Below are positions 62,301-64,000 of a DNA stretch of 64,000 bases, in pieces (position 1 is the first letter of the stretch; each line of letters opens with the position of its first letter). A program made the translations under genes and the position numbers. A model generated the notes under the pieces. It saw only the letters and a list, made by a program, of their open reading frames with translations. It was not told the DNA's origin and ran no database searches. Location of the stretch: positions 1 through 64,000 of the forward strand of contig NW_005434622.1 of the NCBI RefSeq assembly GCF_000315625.1. The letters run 5' to 3'. The DNA comes from Guillardia theta CCMP2712. Lineage: Eukaryota > Protista > Cryptophyta.

Positions 62301-62476
62301 TCCTGCGTGGAATGGACTGAGGAGGACGAGGAAGGAGACAAGGGGGTTTGAGACGGAAGAGGAGCACAGCAGAGAGCATGAGAAGGAAGATGATCGACAG
62401 GAGAGGAGCCGGTGGGGTTGGAGGAAGAGCTCCTCATCCTCGCACGCGTTTCCACCTTCCCCAGCTCTCCTGCCAT
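58070..62476 (-). CDS. PAPS/APS reductase lacking Fe-S ligands (CysH/APR-B type) fused to a C-terminal PDI-like thioredoxin domain, many introns
   Basis: Spliced: VTSFGLSGLV, IDTLHLFPETY, YDFVSKIEP, AWITGRRRSQGGER, RLKINPL, IPYNKLHDQGYFSIGD, GERAGRW...ECGIH. Then VTEENFEEEV, CPHC exon(s), IKLARMDG, FDSYPSM. 5' exons and start uncertain. Confidence 0.88.
58972..59124 (-). other. Candidate mutually exclusive exon pair (59065-59124 and 58972-59031)
   Basis: Both are 60 nt, phase 0/0 and AG...GT flanked. They encode HILLEIYAPWCPHCRNLEPQ and NLLLEIYDPSCPHCRQFEPK. Confidence 0.8.
59159..59303. repeat. (GAT)n microsatellite inside the intron upstream of the exon pair
   Basis: Directly visible, with ggtaag interruptions. 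Confidence 0.95.
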
Positions 62477-62529
62477 GCGGCCCACGTCGCCCAGATCTGT
62501 GGGCAAGCAATTCTGAGGCGGGCATGTAA

Positions 62530-62960
62530 ACCGCCGGACCGGCACTTACGGTGCACTGAGGGCGGCCGGCGGCCGCGCCGCGCCGGGCCCGGCACGCCGT
62601 CACCTGACAGACTCGAACTTTAAAGTTCCGAGTAATACATAAGTCGAGTCCTGGCAAGCGGCCTTGTTCCCATCATCCGGCGCCAGCACTAGCCGCCCTG
62701 AGGCTGGGCGGCCGCGGCCCAGCCCCGGGCCTCCGAGCTATTGTGCGCAGTTAAGTGAAGGTCACCGGTATCAGGTAAGTCATGATGGGGGACAGCAATC
62801 ATCGGCGCTGCAGGATGAGGGATCAAGTTGGTTTTCCACGCGGCCATGGTCTTCTTCGAACGGTTTTAACTTGACCGTTTGACCAAACCGTGCGTGGCAG
62901 TGATCGCCGCTCTTCAGTGCCGCTGCCACCGGCGCGGGCTTGGGCGGAGTCTCGGAGTTC
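62530..62960. promoter_or_regulatory. GC-rich intergenic island with palindrome actcgaactttaaagttccgagt
   Basis: CCGG/GGCC-rich; lies between the divergent reductase and kinase genes. Confidence 0.4.
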
Positions 62961-63860
62961 CGAAGTTCACCTCGTCAATCGGACTGTCATAGACAATTTA
63001 TCCGTAAAATAGTAATAGGTGGATTGTACTACTACAGTACACGGTACTGGTACACTGATTGTAAAACACAGGCTCCGCTTACGTCATTGTTCCTGCAGTA
63101 CTACTATTTGTATTTCAGTTGTAAGTTCAGAGTTGGTCCTGTATGGCGTACTGTTACTGCCGCTACTCGTACTACTTTTAGTACTGTACCATATTGTCAC
63201 TACCAGGAATAGGGTGATGAGACTGCACCTTATAATTATGGGCTCAGAATCGGTACAGATTCATGCCCAAAATTGTTTTTACATGTAGTAATGGTTGTAC
63301 TTGGGTTATGTAAAATTGTTTTTGAAGAGATACAGTGTATTGTAGCGGTACTGGTACTAGCAGTACCTTAGAGGGGGCCGTAGGGTACCACCACTAGAAG
63401 TGGCGCCGCAAGAGCCTCCCGGGGGTGTGTAAAGAGAGCGGCAAGATCTCCAACGATGGTGCCGGTGCGACGCAGGCATGGCAGCAGGCGCGCAGGGTTC
63501 GCAGATCTTCATCATGTTCGGAGTGTGGAAGGAAGGAAGACAGAGTAGTAGTGGGGCTGAAGAGTAGGAGTCGATGCCAGTGTGCGGCAGGAAGGCAGAT
63601 CGTGATGGGGAGTTTCTCGGGCAAAGGAAAGAAGTAGCTTTTGTATCATGAGGTTTGCCAGTGCAGTTTCAGACACGGCCTGTTGAGAAAGGATCTGTGC
63701 ATGCCCTTTGTATGGAATGTGTCTGATGTTTTCAAAGAGATTATTCGGATTTCCCGCCTTTCATTAGAACTTCGCTGACCTTCACCTCCTTTTTCTAGTA
63801 ACCCGAAACTTCAAGCTCGATGGTCGCTCAACCAACCTTTGAGTATGAGCGAGAGTAAGC

Positions 63861-64000
63861 ATGGAGTCAGAGGGTGCTTTTGTAAATGTTGGGTCTTATG
63901 AGATAGGAAAGCTCATTGGCAGTGGCGCCTTTTCCAAAGTGCGACTGGCGACCCATGTGACGAAAAAGAAGCAATATGCTATGAAGATAGTCGACAAGGA
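63861..64000 (+). CDS. Ser/Thr protein kinase (CAMK/SNF1-like), 5' part, truncated by window end
   Basis: MESEGAFVNVGSYEIGKLIGSGAFSKVRLATH...YAMKIVDK: Gly-loop and VAIK-type lysine. Confidence 0.85.
   Translation, partial: MESEGAFVNVGSYEIGKLIGSGAFSKVRLATHVTKKKQYAMKIVDK

Overview
Left end of a eukaryotic nuclear chromosome. It opens with a plant-type (CCCTAAA)n telomere and about 2 kb of subtelomeric sequence. After that comes gene-dense DNA with many short (about 45-55 nt) GT-AG introns. Intron style, bipartite leader peptides and gene content suggest an alga with a complex red plastid, most plausibly a cryptophyte (inference). Recognisable genes: a four-domain voltage-gated cation channel with a PDZ insert, a strictosidine-synthase-like protein, MYG1, a carnitine acyltransferase, a SAP-KH protein, a thioredoxin, RRP9, an acylated cNMP-binding protein, a full SMCHD1/GMI1-like GHKL-hinge protein, an intronless NACHT-pentapeptide-WD40 (NLR-like) protein, an ankyrin protein, methionyl-tRNA formyltransferase, a GST, an EF-hand protein, an Fe-S-less PAPS/APS reductase fused to a thioredoxin domain, and the start of a Ser/Thr kinase. 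Most notable observations: (1) two tandem 60-nt exons, 33 nt apart, that look mutually exclusive and swap the thioredoxin active site (WCPHC vs SCPHC) of the reductase fusion; (2) the NLR-like protein has a candidate caspase-fold His/Cys protease domain, near-identical WD40 repeats and a CaaX end; (3) ubiquitin-tail-like (L)RLRGG motifs between leader and mature domain in up to three genes; (4) a dispersed quasi-palindromic TTTAACTTAACTTTGAGTAAA element at GC-rich intergenic islands; (5) two genes broken by a 1-nt frame break exactly at a stop codon. All gene models were spliced by eye, so boundaries are approximate.
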